A stretch of 64,000 nt of DNA from Gemmatimonadaceae bacterium (GCA_051859245.1 JBHYGA010000005.1:731537-795536), one strand, 5' to 3'. Numbered from the stretch's first letter, positions 1 to 9,329 are shown. Program-made: numbers and translations. Notes: generated from the sequence alone by a model not told the origin.

Positions 1-164
1 GGGGGTTGTTACGCCACCCCACCAACCCCAACAAAAATATCATCCCCGGCGCGGCGGGGCGGCGCTCCCTGGGCGGGGGGGGGGGCGGCGGCCCCCCCCC
101 CCCCCCCCCCCCGCCTCTGCGTCTCTGCGTTAAATGCTTTCAAAGATGCTGACAATCCGAGGAG

Positions 165-2327
165 CTACGGAACGATCTCCACCCGCCGCTCACCCGTGGC
201 CGTGACTCCGCCCGGTTTCCGCATCTCCACGCGGAACACATATGTCCCTGGCTCGAGCGTGCGCACATCCACCGTGACCGCTCGGGCAACAGCGGGCCGC
301 ACGCCGGCAATCACGTGCGAGTTCCGCCCCCGGTCCGGCTCACGCCAGCCAATGCTCACGCTGTCGCGTCGTGCATCCGCAACACCGAAGAACCCGCCGA
401 TTGAACGCAGCGCGCTGCCGTCCTGACGCAAAATGCGCAGTTGCACATCCACCGTGTCGTCGGGCGCAAAACCGTAGCTCTCCCAATACAGCGCGAGTGG
501 TACGTTGCGCGGCAGATTAGTGGAGCCAGCGAGGCGAGCAATCGCCGAATCCGGATTGGTTATGGCAGGCGCGCCGAATGCCGGCAGCAGAATAAATGCC
601 GGGTCTGAGATCGCGACCGCGTTTGCGTCCATCTGCGAGAGCGACGGCGGCGGCCGTAGTCCGAACCGGCGACGGTGCGCGACTTCCTTCGCATTGCGAT
701 TCGGAACTTCAATGCTGACAACCGATGGCGTTGCGGGCAGCTGCGTTGCGATGCGCAGCGAGTGACCAATGGCGATTGATGCGTTCCGCACCAGGGGCTT
801 CTCCGAAGGCGAGGCGCTGGTGACAACGTATGCCCGCAAATCGCTGCGTTCGGCTCGATCAAGCCCACCAACCGGTTGATCGATCACATGTCCGTAGAGA
901 ACTGATGTGTCGCGCCGCAGCATCACGGACTGACCCTCGGGGAGATTGGCGAGCTGCGTGCTGAGCTGCATGTGTTCGCTCGGGAACCAGCGTTCAAACG
1001 CCACGTTCTCCGGTCGCTCCCATTGCCAGTGGCTGTTCACCGCGTCGAAGGGCTTGGCGATTGCGCGGAAGTCTGGAATCACTGCGACACGATCGGGGGA
1101 ATACTCCTTGACGGTATACGGATACTCGGCCTGCGAGCGGGCCTGTGTGTTGTCGGCCAGTTTGCCGTCAACGAAATAGCCGCCCCACCACGTGTGTGTG
1201 GGCCAGCCGTAACGCATAATGACTTCTTCGAGAGCGTCACCAGCAGCCGTGCGGCGCCAGATGTAGCGTTCGTCTTCTTCGAGGGCGGTGCGAAGCGTGA
1301 GCAGCGTGCGACGCGCGTGGTGTTCAACGAATCGTTCGTTTGCGTCGCTCGTCCACAACGGTTTGGCCAGCCACCACATGCGCTGCTCAATCGCTTGCCA
1401 CTCCTTGCAGGATGCCTCGCGCAGGCCGTTGCGTACATCAGCCGGAAGCAGTGGTCGCGCGGAGGTGTCTGCGCATGCACCGCTACGCGCCGGCTCCAGC
1501 GCGCGAACGCTGCGCAGGAACGCCGTCTCGGCGCCAACCATGTCGCCCGATTGCGAAAGCACCAACCCCTCGAGGGCTGAGCACCACGAGGCCGACGACT
1601 CACAGGATCGCGCGACGTCGAGCGCTTTGCTCAGATCTTCATTATCGAGCAGGAAGCGAACGCGCTGGCCGGTGATCCACTGGTCTCCCGGGAACTGTTC
1701 GGCGGCTTCGTCGAGACGCGCAATTAGCGCGCGTCGGAGTGCGCCAGCCTGCGCAGCGGCACGCGGTACCAGGGCACGATCAAGACGTACACCTTCTTCA
1801 GCAAAGCTGCCGAGTGTATACGGAATCCACTGCGGACACACACTATTGCGCTTGCTCTGTCCAGTGACGCGCATCGTGCCCGTGAGGAGAAGCGGGGCCG
1901 TTCCGCCGCCGCGAGTGGGAAAGCGCGTGGCGCGCCCTCCGAAGAGCATGCGCACCGGCAGGTCATCCACGTAGCAGTTGAGCGCATTCAGACGAAGCAG
2001 TTCGGGCGAAAAGAAACCATACTTCTCGTCGTAGGCGACCTGCTGCAGGTTCACCCATCCACCGCCGTTGGCAATGATCGACGTGAGCCAGAGATCCCGC
2101 CACTGCTCCTGAAAACGCGCGATCTCGATGGTCAGCGCTTCGCGCATTCGTACGGAATCGTTCGGAGCAATCGCGTTCGCATGCGTGGTTGCAGGGGTGA
2201 CCGCGACGACGGCGCCGAGCCCAAGCACTGCGATGGATTTCCGGACGGAGGCCAAACCAACGGCGCTGAATCGGAGCATGAAAAATCTCGAGGTGCGCGA
2301 GGGAGGGAAGGGCACACTGTGATGCAT
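165..2327 (-). CDS. Large hypothetical secreted protein (TPR-like middle, GWxTD-like motif, C-terminal Ig-like domain)
   Basis: 720-aa ORF. Signal-like segment IAVLGLGAVVAVTPATTHA, helical TPR-like region, motif EVIMRYGWP, beta-rich C-terminus (LALYWESYG...LEPGTYVFRVEM). True start may be ATG at 2279. Confidence 0.7.
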   Translation of the reverse strand: MHHSVPFPPSRTSRFFMLRFSAVGLASVRKSIAVLGLGAVVAVTPATTHANAIAPNDSVRMREALTIEIARFQEQWRDLWLTSIIANGGGWVNLQQVAYDEKYGFFSPELLRLNALNCYVDDLPVRMLFGGRATRFPTRGGGTAPLLLTGTMRVTGQSKRNSVCPQWIPYTLGSFAEEGVRLDRALVPRAAAQAGALRRALIARLDEAAEQFPGDQWITGQRVRFLLDNEDLSKALDVARSCESSASWCSALEGLVLSQSGDMVGAETAFLRSVRALEPARSGACADTSARPLLPADVRNGLREASCKEWQAIEQRMWWLAKPLWTSDANERFVEHHARRTLLTLRTALEEDERYIWRRTAAGDALEEVIMRYGWPTHTWWGGYFVDGKLADNTQARSQAEYPYTVKEYSPDRVAVIPDFRAIAKPFDAVNSHWQWERPENVAFERWFPSEHMQLSTQLANLPEGQSVMLRRDTSVLYGHVIDQPVGGLDRAERSDLRAYVVTSASPSEKPLVRNASIAIGHSLRIATQLPATPSVVSIEVPNRNAKEVAHRRRFGLRPPPSLSQMDANAVAISDPAFILLPAFGAPAITNPDSAIARLAGSTNLPRNVPLALYWESYGFAPDDTVDVQLRILRQDGSALRSIGGFFGVADARRDSVSIGWREPDRGRNSHVIAGVRPAVARAVTVDVRTLEPGTYVFRVEMRKPGGVTATGERRVEIVP

Positions 2328-2375
2328 GTTACACCAGGCGCAGCGAGAGGTTCCGGAAAAAGTGCAGCCCAGCGG

Positions 2376-3398
2376 CTAGCGGGCGAGCACGCGCCGCCTC
2401 CACGCGTCGTCACACGAGGAGACCACCTCGGCTACTGACGTGATGCGCGTAATCGTCTCCACACTCCGCCCCGCCTGCCAGTAGTCCTCTTTCCCGCCGG
2501 CGTCAGACGATTGCTTGAGCTGCCGCAACGACTTGAGCGCGTAGTACGTGCGAATCCAGTGCTTCGTTTTCCGGCCGCGAAACATGGCGCGCGCAATCGG
2601 TCCAACGGTGGTGCCGAGCTTTTCAACGTACGGTGTGCGCAACACTGCGACTGGCACACCAGTGAGTCGCTCCGTGAGCACAATGTCGCGCTCGCTGGCC
2701 TGCACAATCGCTTGCTTGTACCGCACATCGGCGTTGCACTCATGTGTGGCAATGAGGCGAGTACCCACTTGCACACCGGCGTAGCCGAGCCCCATGAGAT
2801 CGGCGAACGGTTCGGCGCTGCCCGCGCCGCCCGCAGCAACGAGTGGCAGGCCGAGATCCTGCACGCTTTCAAGCAATGCGTGTGCGGACAGTTTGCCGGT
2901 GTGTCCACCCGCGCGATCATTCACGCCGATGAGTCCATGCACACCACCGTCACGTCCTTTCAATGCCCATTTGCGTTCGGTGATGTCGTGATAGACCACG
3001 CCCCCTTCGCGCGAGACCCGATCCACGACCCAGCGCGGATTGCCGAGTGACGTGACAAAAAATCGAATGCCTTCTTCGAGTGCGATCTCCACCCATCGTA
3101 CCATGCGCTCGTGATACGTTTTTGACGACGCTTCAATGAGCGCGTTCAATCCCACCGGTGCGCCGTTTGCGAGTTTGATGATTTCGCGTACGCCCTCGCG
3201 AAAATCGCGTTTGTGTACGTACGTGAGTGAGATCGGCTGAATAATGCCAATGCCGCCGGCCGCTGACACAGCCGCGACCAGCTCCGGATTACTGCACGGA
3301 TACATCGCGCCACCAATAAATGGCACGCGGATTTTGGCATCACGCGTGAGCGCCGTCTGCAGGTCAGGAAGCGTCTGACCGTCCTCTGATGAACGCAC
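2376..3398 (-). CDS. Nitronate monooxygenase / 2-nitropropane dioxygenase family flavoprotein
   Basis: PFIGGAM, ELVAAVSAAGGIG, AGGH, PLVAAGG, GVQVGTRLIATHE are family motifs. Confidence 0.9.
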   Translation of the reverse strand: MRSSEDGQTLPDLQTALTRDAKIRVPFIGGAMYPCSNPELVAAVSAAGGIGIIQPISLTYVHKRDFREGVREIIKLANGAPVGLNALIEASSKTYHERMVRWVEIALEEGIRFFVTSLGNPRWVVDRVSREGGVVYHDITERKWALKGRDGGVHGLIGVNDRAGGHTGKLSAHALLESVQDLGLPLVAAGGAGSAEPFADLMGLGYAGVQVGTRLIATHECNADVRYKQAIVQASERDIVLTERLTGVPVAVLRTPYVEKLGTTVGPIARAMFRGRKTKHWIRTYYALKSLRQLKQSSDAGGKEDYWQAGRSVETITRITSVAEVVSSCDDAWRRRVLAR

Positions 3399-3502
3399 GG
3401 GAGTGTCGCTGGCGGTTGTGGAACGAGAGCACCCAGTTGCAAGCTTGATCTCGGGGCGACGCGGCGCCAGCCCTCCGCAGCACCAACCCTCACCTGGCTT
3501 CC

Positions 3503-4978
3503 ATGACCGTTCTCGTCACCGGCGCCTCAGGCTACATCGGCGGACGCCTCACGTCGCGGCTTGTCGAACGTGGCCTGCGCGTGCGTCTGCTGGTGCGCGA
3601 TCCGCGACGCCTGCGTGGCCGCTGGTGGGAGAACGATGTGGAAATGGTGCAGGGCGACCTCTTCGATTTTCCGTCGCTGGAGCGCGCCATGGAGGGCGTG
3701 CGCGAGGCGTACTACCTCGTGCACTCCATGGCCGCTGGTTCGGACTTCGAAGAACGCGACCGCATTGCCGCCCGTAACTTTGTGCATGCCGGCGCCGCGC
3801 TAAGACACTGCATTTACCTTGGCGGATTGGTGCCGCCTGCAAACGATGTCTCGCGGCACTTGCAGAGCCGAGCCGACACGGGCGCCATTCTGCGCGACGG
3901 ACTGCCGGTCACAGAGTTTCGTGCGGGACCAATTGTTGGATCGGGCTCCGCGTCGTTCGAAATGGTTCGCTATCTCACCGAGCGCCTGCCATTCATGCTC
4001 GCGCCGCGGTGGATCATTAACGAAGTGCAGCCGATTGCCGTGCGTGATGTGCTCACATATCTGCTTGAAGCGCGCGGCCGCGATCCTATGGGCATTGTTG
4101 ACATTGGCGGCGCCGACAAGCTGAGCTTCCGTGAAATGCTGCGGCAGTACGGGGAAGTGCGCGGACTCAAGCGCGTCATTATTGCCGCGCCGGTGCTCGC
4201 GCCGTCAATCGCCGCTCTTTGGATTGACAAGGTCACGCCCATTCCGCGCACGGTGGCGGAACCCCTGGTGGAAGGCATTGTGCACCCCGTCGTGGCCGAC
4301 ACCACACGCGCACGCGCGTTGTTTCCTGACATCGTGCCAATGGGCTATAAAACCGCCGTCGAACGCGCGGTCGCGCGCATGACGGAACGCGCCGTGGAAT
4401 CGCGCTGGAGCGATGCCCTTGGCGCGGGCGATTCCTACGAGCTCACCGATCGCGAAGGCGTGCTTGAAGAAACGCGTGCGCAGTATGTAGACGCCACCCC
4501 CGAACAGGTCTTTCGCGCCTTTTGCAAACTCGGCGGCGACCAGGGGTGGCTGGCCTGGAATTTCCTGTGGCGGGTGCGCGGATTTCTCGATCGACTCGTT
4601 GGCGGCCCGGGGCTGCGTCGTGGTCGACGGAATCCGGAGCAGCTGCTGCCGGGCGAGGCGGTCGACTTCTGGCGCGTGGAGATTGTCGAGCCGCCTCGGC
4701 TGTTGCGCCTGCGCGCCGAGATGCGCGTGCCGGGCAAGGCGTGGTTACAGTTCACGGCTATTCCCGAGGGGCAAGGGACCCGTCTCCTGCAAACGGCGCT
4801 GTTTGCGCCGCGGGGGCTCTTCGGACTGCTCTACTGGTATGCGATGTATCCGGCCCACCTGTTTATCTTTGGAGATATGGTCCGCGCTATTGCAAAACTC
4901 GCCCGTTCTGAACCGGCCACGGCCTTGCCCGTGCCGGTCGCACCAAGCGTGCGCGAGCTGGGAGCGTCGCTGCGATGA
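3503..4978 (+). CDS. YbjT-like atypical SDR oxidoreductase with C-terminal DUF2867 domain
   Basis: VLVTGASGYIGG Rossmann motif, AYYLVHSM, GSGSASFE, and C-terminal LGGDQGW / VDFWRVE / LRLRAEMRVPGKAWL. Confidence 0.9.
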   Translation: MTVLVTGASGYIGGRLTSRLVERGLRVRLLVRDPRRLRGRWWENDVEMVQGDLFDFPSLERAMEGVREAYYLVHSMAAGSDFEERDRIAARNFVHAGAALRHCIYLGGLVPPANDVSRHLQSRADTGAILRDGLPVTEFRAGPIVGSGSASFEMVRYLTERLPFMLAPRWIINEVQPIAVRDVLTYLLEARGRDPMGIVDIGGADKLSFREMLRQYGEVRGLKRVIIAAPVLAPSIAALWIDKVTPIPRTVAEPLVEGIVHPVVADTTRARALFPDIVPMGYKTAVERAVARMTERAVESRWSDALGAGDSYELTDREGVLEETRAQYVDATPEQVFRAFCKLGGDQGWLAWNFLWRVRGFLDRLVGGPGLRRGRRNPEQLLPGEAVDFWRVEIVEPPRLLRLRAEMRVPGKAWLQFTAIPEGQGTRLLQTALFAPRGLFGLLYWYAMYPAHLFIFGDMVRAIAKLARSEPATALPVPVAPSVRELGASLR

Positions 4979-6162
4979 GTTACGGCGAAGCATCACTGTG
5001 GACGCTGGCCGCGGTGCAGGGCCTGCTGCTCGGCGCCTTGCTCTGGCGCTTGCTGCCGGGGCGCACGCGTCGCCCACCCATTGAGCCACGCACCACACCG
5101 CGCACCGATACCTCGGTGTCGGTGATTGTGGCCACGCTCAACGAAGCGCATCGCATTGGGCCGTGTCTGGAAGGGTTGATGCAACAGCCGGCGCCGTTGC
5201 AGGAAATCCTGGTGGTCGACAGCCGTTCAACAGACGGCACACGCGAGCTGGTGGAAGCGGCGGCCACGCGTGATCCGCGCGTGCGCCTGATTACGGATGA
5301 CCCGCTGCCGCCGGGCTGGGTGGGCAAGGTGTGGGCGCTCGAAACGGGACTGCGCATCGCGAAGAGTGAATGGGTGCTCGGCATTGATGCCGACACCGAA
5401 CCGCAGCCGGGGCTGGTGCCGGCGGTGGTGGACGCCGCCGATGCGATTGGGTACGACGTGGTGTCATTCGGGCCGCGCTTTGCGGGGCAGTCAGACGCTG
5501 AGCGGTTCGTGCAGCCCGCGATGTTGCTCACGCTCGTGTACCGCTGTGGTGCGGCCGGCGCCGAGGACCCGCCGCCGGATCGCGTGATGGCGAACGGTCA
5601 GTGTTTTCTGGCGCGACGTGCGGTGCTTGAAGCGAACGGCGGGTATGAACCCGCACGTGCGTCGTTCTGTGATGACGTGTCACTGGCACGACATCTGGCG
5701 GCGCGCGGTGCACGGGTGGGTTTTCTGGATGGCTCGCAGATCATTCGTGTGCGCGCGTACTCGTCGCTGCGGGAAATGTGGCGTGAGTGGGGGCGTTCGT
5801 TCGATCTGAAAGACGCCACGCCGGTATGGCGCCGTTGGTTTGATGTGGCGCTCGTGTGGAGTGCACAGGCACTGCCGATTCCCATGATGATCGTGCTGGC
5901 ACTCACCGGTGCGATTGCATCGATCGGCGATCCGGCCGCATTTGGCGCTGGCGAGTGGGCGTTTGCGGTGAACGCGGTTGCACTGTTTGTGCGGTTGCTC
6001 ATGCTCGTGGCGCTGCGCAACTCGTACGTCACACGTGGCTGGTCGTTCTGGTTGTCGTTCCTGTCTGACATTCCGGCGGCGGTGCGACTCACGATCAGTA
6101 CGGCGCGTCAGCCAAAAGCGTGGCGCGGCCGCGCGTACGGTGAGCTGGAGCCGGCGACGTAA
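4975..6162 (+). CDS. cruG: GT2 glycosyltransferase, CruG-like carotenoid 2'-O-glycosyltransferase
   Basis: VVDSRSTDGT, DDPLPPGWVGK, WVLGIDADT, MANGQCFL, SFCDDVSLAR and WREWGRSFDLKDA resemble cyanobacterial CruG as recalled. N- and C-terminal TM segments. ATGA overlap with upstream gene. Confidence 0.75.
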   Translation: MSYGEASLWTLAAVQGLLLGALLWRLLPGRTRRPPIEPRTTPRTDTSVSVIVATLNEAHRIGPCLEGLMQQPAPLQEILVVDSRSTDGTRELVEAAATRDPRVRLITDDPLPPGWVGKVWALETGLRIAKSEWVLGIDADTEPQPGLVPAVVDAADAIGYDVVSFGPRFAGQSDAERFVQPAMLLTLVYRCGAAGAEDPPPDRVMANGQCFLARRAVLEANGGYEPARASFCDDVSLARHLAARGARVGFLDGSQIIRVRAYSSLREMWREWGRSFDLKDATPVWRRWFDVALVWSAQALPIPMMIVLALTGAIASIGDPAAFGAGEWAFAVNAVALFVRLLMLVALRNSYVTRGWSFWLSFLSDIPAAVRLTISTARQPKAWRGRAYGELEPAT

Positions 6163-6180
6163 GTCGGGAGCGTATCGCCG

Positions 6181-6375
6181 GCGTGCGCCTAATGCTGGGG
6201 GAACTGCGGCGGGAAGGGCACGAAAGCACGAAGGACACAAAGAAGAGCAACCGCAACGGATTTTGGGGAAACAGCAACAGCACTGGTTTTGCAACTCCTC
6301 AAACTTTTTGCTGTTTTCGTGTCCTTCGTGCTTTCGTGTCTTCCCGCCGCAGTTCCCCCAGCACTAGGCGCACGC
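6181..6375. repeat. Long intergenic inverted repeat (REP/MITE-like)
   Basis: Arms 6181-6238 and 6319-6375 are near-perfect reverse complements and lie between convergent genes. Confidence 0.9.
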
Positions 6376-6395
6376 TCGCCATACGCACCAGAGTC

Positions 6396-6914
6396 CTAGC
6401 CGTTCGCCTCAAGCCACTCAATCATCGCCGCACCAAACGCCGGCAGGTCTTTCGGCACCTGCGCCGAGATGATGTTGCCATCGCGCACGACCGGTTGATT
6501 GAGCCACGTCGCACCGGCGTTCATGACATCGTCCTTGATGCCAACGGTGCTGGTGAGCGTGCGACCACGCACGATGTTGGCGGAGATGAGTACCCACGGG
6601 CCGTGACAGATGGTGGCGACCAGTTTGCCCGCCGTGTTCACGCGTCGCACGCAGTCGAGCACTTCGGGAATACGTCGCATTTTGTCGGGCGCCCATCCGC
6701 CAGGCACCATCACGCCAGCGAGCGCGTCGATGTCGACATCGCGAATGTGCAGGTCGACGGCCGCGGGGTAACCCCACTTTCCGAAATAACGATCGTCGCC
6801 AATACCAACGATTGGTGCGTGATAGCCCGCTTCTTCGAGGCGGAGCTTCGGATACCAGAGCTCAAGGTCTTCATACTCCGGACCGGCGAGCACGAGTACG
6901 GTGCGAGCAGACAT
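6396..6914 (-). CDS. PfpI/DJ-1 family type 1 glutamine amidotransferase-like protease/deglycase
   Basis: YEDLELWYP, VPGGWAPD, ATICHGPWVL nucleophile elbow, VVRDGNIISAQVPKDL. Start taken at MSARTVLV. Confidence 0.92.
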   Translation of the reverse strand: MSARTVLVLAGPEYEDLELWYPKLRLEEAGYHAPIVGIGDDRYFGKWGYPAAVDLHIRDVDIDALAGVMVPGGWAPDKMRRIPEVLDCVRRVNTAGKLVATICHGPWVLISANIVRGRTLTSTVGIKDDVMNAGATWLNQPVVRDGNIISAQVPKDLPAFGAAMIEWLEANG

Positions 6915-7045
6915 GCGAGGGCGGGGCGGAAGTCGCGAACGAAACGCCGCAAGTGAAAATCGGGCGGGCGAAAATGCCAAGGTTGCAATATACTGTGCGC
7001 TTCCTCGCGCCCGACGTCGTCGCTCACCTCAACCCGACGTGCCTC

Positions 7046-7483
7046 ATGAAACTCATTACCGCGATCATCCGGCCGGAAAAACTACAGGATGTGAAGCTTG
7101 CGCTGTTTCGCATTGGCGTGAGTGGTATCACGCTCTCGCGCGTGAGCGGACACGGTGGTGAACGCGATGTCGTCACGCAGTACCGTGGCGACACCGTAGT
7201 GCTCGAGTTTCATGACAAAGTGCGCCTGGAAATGGCGTGCTCGGATGCGTTCGTGTCGGCGTGTATTGATGCTATTGCAAACTCTGCGCGCACTGGCAAC
7301 GTGGGCGACGGGAAAATCTTTGTGCAGCCGCTCGATGAAGTCGTGCGCATTCGCACGGGCGAACGTGATGTTGACGCGCTCACACCGATCAACGCCGACA
7401 TGATTCGTGATGCACACGGGGATCCGGTGGATATGTCGCGCACCGTGGAGTTGGGCGCGGTGTCACGCAAGCGTACGGAGTAG
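7046..7483 (+). CDS. glnK: P-II nitrogen regulatory protein with C-terminal extension
   Basis: MKLITAIIRPEKL, ARTGNVGDGKIFV, VRIRTGE. Directly upstream of amtB. Confidence 0.92.
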   Translation: MKLITAIIRPEKLQDVKLALFRIGVSGITLSRVSGHGGERDVVTQYRGDTVVLEFHDKVRLEMACSDAFVSACIDAIANSARTGNVGDGKIFVQPLDEVVRIRTGERDVDALTPINADMIRDAHGDPVDMSRTVELGAVSRKRTE

Positions 7484-7486
7484 CGC

Positions 7487-8839
7487 ATGCTTACGTCACA
7501 TGCAATGAGCGCGCTGATTCAGGAAGCGGTGGCCACATCACCGGGCGACACGGCGTGGGTGTTGATCTCGACGGCGCTTGTATTGGTGATGGTGCCAGGG
7601 CTTTCATTTTTTTACGGTGGACTGGTGCGCGGCAAGAGTGCGCTTAACACGATGCTCATGTGCATTGGTGCGCTGGCCGTGATCACTGTGCAGTGGGTAG
7701 TGTTTGGTTACTCGCTCGCGTTTGGTTCAGGTTCACGATGGCTTGGTGATTTGAGTTATCTCGGACTCACGGGCGTTGGCGCTGCCGGCGGACCGTATGC
7801 CGCGGGCATTCCGCACGTATTGTTTGCGGCGTTTCAGGGCATGTTCGCTGGCATAGCCGTGGCGCTCTTCTCTGGGGCCATTGTCGAACGCATGCGCTTT
7901 GGTGCGTTTCTCATTTTTGGGGTGTTGTGGAGCACGCTCATTTACGATCCGCTCGCGCATTGGGTGTGGGGCGAGGGTGGATGGTTGCGTGAACTTGGCG
8001 CGCTTGACTTTGCGGGTGGCACGGTGGTGCACATCAGTGCCGGTGTGACGGCGATTGTTCTCGCGCTTACGCTTGGACCGCGTCGCGATTTTGGTCGCGT
8101 GGCCACAGTGCCACACAACGTGCCGTTCACGTTGCTCGGCGCGGGACTGCTCTGGTTTGGATGGTTCGGTTTTAATGGCGGCTCGGCGCTCGCCGCGGAT
8201 GGCGTGGCATCCAATGCATTGCTCACGACACACGCTGGTGCTTCGGCTGGTGTGGTGGCATGGCTGGTGTGCGAGCTGTTGCGCTCAGGTCGAGCAACCG
8301 CCGTTGGTGCGGCCACCGGTGCTGTTGTTGGACTCGTGGCCATTACACCGGCTGCGGGCTTCGTGACACCAATGGGTGCACTCGCCATTGGTTTGCTGTC
8401 GGCACCGTTGTCGTTTGCCGCGTTGCACCTGCGTGCGCGGTCACGCGTTGACGACACACTCGATGTGTTTGCGTGTCACGGCGTGGCCGGTATTTCGGGC
8501 GCGCTGCTCACCGGCGTGTTTGCAACCACTACGGTGAACGCCGCCGGCGCCGACGGGGCACTCTCCGGCAACTGGTCGCTGCTCGGCGCACAAACGATCG
8601 CCGTTGTGGCAACGATGGCGTTTGTGGGTGTCGCATCATTCGCGCTGCTCTCGCTGCTCCGACTCGTGATGCCGGTCCGTGTAGATGTCGATGCAGAGTT
8701 GCGTGGTGTCGACATCAGCGAACATGGCGAAGAAGCGTATCATGGCAATGATCTGAGCGACTTCACCGGCCGACGTCTGGCGTTGAACGATCCAATCGTG
8801 ATTCCGGCGGCCGACGTGCAACTCGAAACGGCGCGCTAG
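7487..8839 (+). CDS. amtB: Ammonium transporter
   Basis: GDTAWVLISTALV, DFAGGTVVHISAG, WFGWFGFNGGS, DDTLDVFACHG, HGEEAY. Both channel His residues present. Confidence 0.97.
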   Translation: MLTSHAMSALIQEAVATSPGDTAWVLISTALVLVMVPGLSFFYGGLVRGKSALNTMLMCIGALAVITVQWVVFGYSLAFGSGSRWLGDLSYLGLTGVGAAGGPYAAGIPHVLFAAFQGMFAGIAVALFSGAIVERMRFGAFLIFGVLWSTLIYDPLAHWVWGEGGWLRELGALDFAGGTVVHISAGVTAIVLALTLGPRRDFGRVATVPHNVPFTLLGAGLLWFGWFGFNGGSALAADGVASNALLTTHAGASAGVVAWLVCELLRSGRATAVGAATGAVVGLVAITPAAGFVTPMGALAIGLLSAPLSFAALHLRARSRVDDTLDVFACHGVAGISGALLTGVFATTTVNAAGADGALSGNWSLLGAQTIAVVATMAFVGVASFALLSLLRLVMPVRVDVDAELRGVDISEHGEEAYHGNDLSDFTGRRLALNDPIVIPAADVQLETAR

Positions 8840-8897
8840 CACCGACTTCTAAACTCTTCGCTGGTTTCGCGAATGGCGCGAAGAAGTGCAGCCAAAG

Positions 8898-8932
8898 AAA
8901 AAAGCCCCGGCCAAAATGGTCGGGGCTTTTTT
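8898..8932. terminator. Bidirectional intrinsic terminator
   Basis: AAAAAAGCCCCGGCCA-AAA-TGGTCGGGGCTTTTTT hairpin with A and T tracts on either side, between convergent genes. Confidence 0.88.
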
Positions 8933-8949
8933 GCGATAGCACTGCGGAC

Positions 8950-9114
8950 TTATTTGGGCTGTCCGCCCTGACGGCTCTTGAGCCAGCTCAGCGGAATCAT
9001 GAACAGCGGCGACAGGAACAGTCCGAGCAGGATATTGATCCACGTCAGGGCCATGAAGTAGGCCGACATGCCGAGGGCTGCCCAGAGGGTGCCGAATGTG
9101 CCTGCTTCTTCCAC
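8950..9114 (-). CDS. Small hydrophobic membrane protein, 54 aa (not in ORF track)
   Basis: Hand translation MEEAGTFGTLWAALGMSAYFMALTWINILLGLFLSPLFMIPLSWLKSRQGGQPK. GTG start, GGAG RBS 8 nt upstream, strongly GC3-biased codons, terminator directly downstream. Confidence 0.75.
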   Translation of the reverse strand: MEEAGTFGTLWAALGMSAYFMALTWINILLGLFLSPLFMIPLSWLKSRQGGQPK

Positions 9115-9253
9115 GCTGGTATCTCCGGATCAGTAAAAGTTCAGCGCAAACGAGCGCGCCATTCCCGAGGGGATCGTAATGCCCTCGCCGCCGGTGAGTC
9201 AACCCACAGCAGTCACGAGATGGTTCCCGCGGAGCGCGGGCGAGCGTGTCGAC

Positions 9254-9292
9254 CGCGGAACACGAGCGCGGAACACAAGCGCGGAACACCAG
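9254..9292. repeat. 13-bp tandem repeat x3 (CGCGGAACACNAG)
   Basis: Copies at 9254, 9267 and 9280 differ at one position. Confidence 0.85.
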
Positions 9293-9329
9293 CGTCCGAT
9301 ATCAGGCGAGACATTGTGTATCATTGAAT

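Noticed and set aside
1..114. Long G and C homopolymer runs (possible G-quadruplex or regulatory tract)
   Set aside because: At the sequence end and unlike the rest of the window; most likely a low-quality read or assembly artefact.
6181..6375. CRISPR array or autonomous IS
   Set aside because: One inverted pair rather than direct repeats with spacers; no cas or transposase genes.
6974..6994. Sigma54 promoter upstream of glnK-amtB
   Set aside because: TTGCA is present but the -24 GG is not at the required spacing; only a lone TATACT -10-like hexamer is seen.
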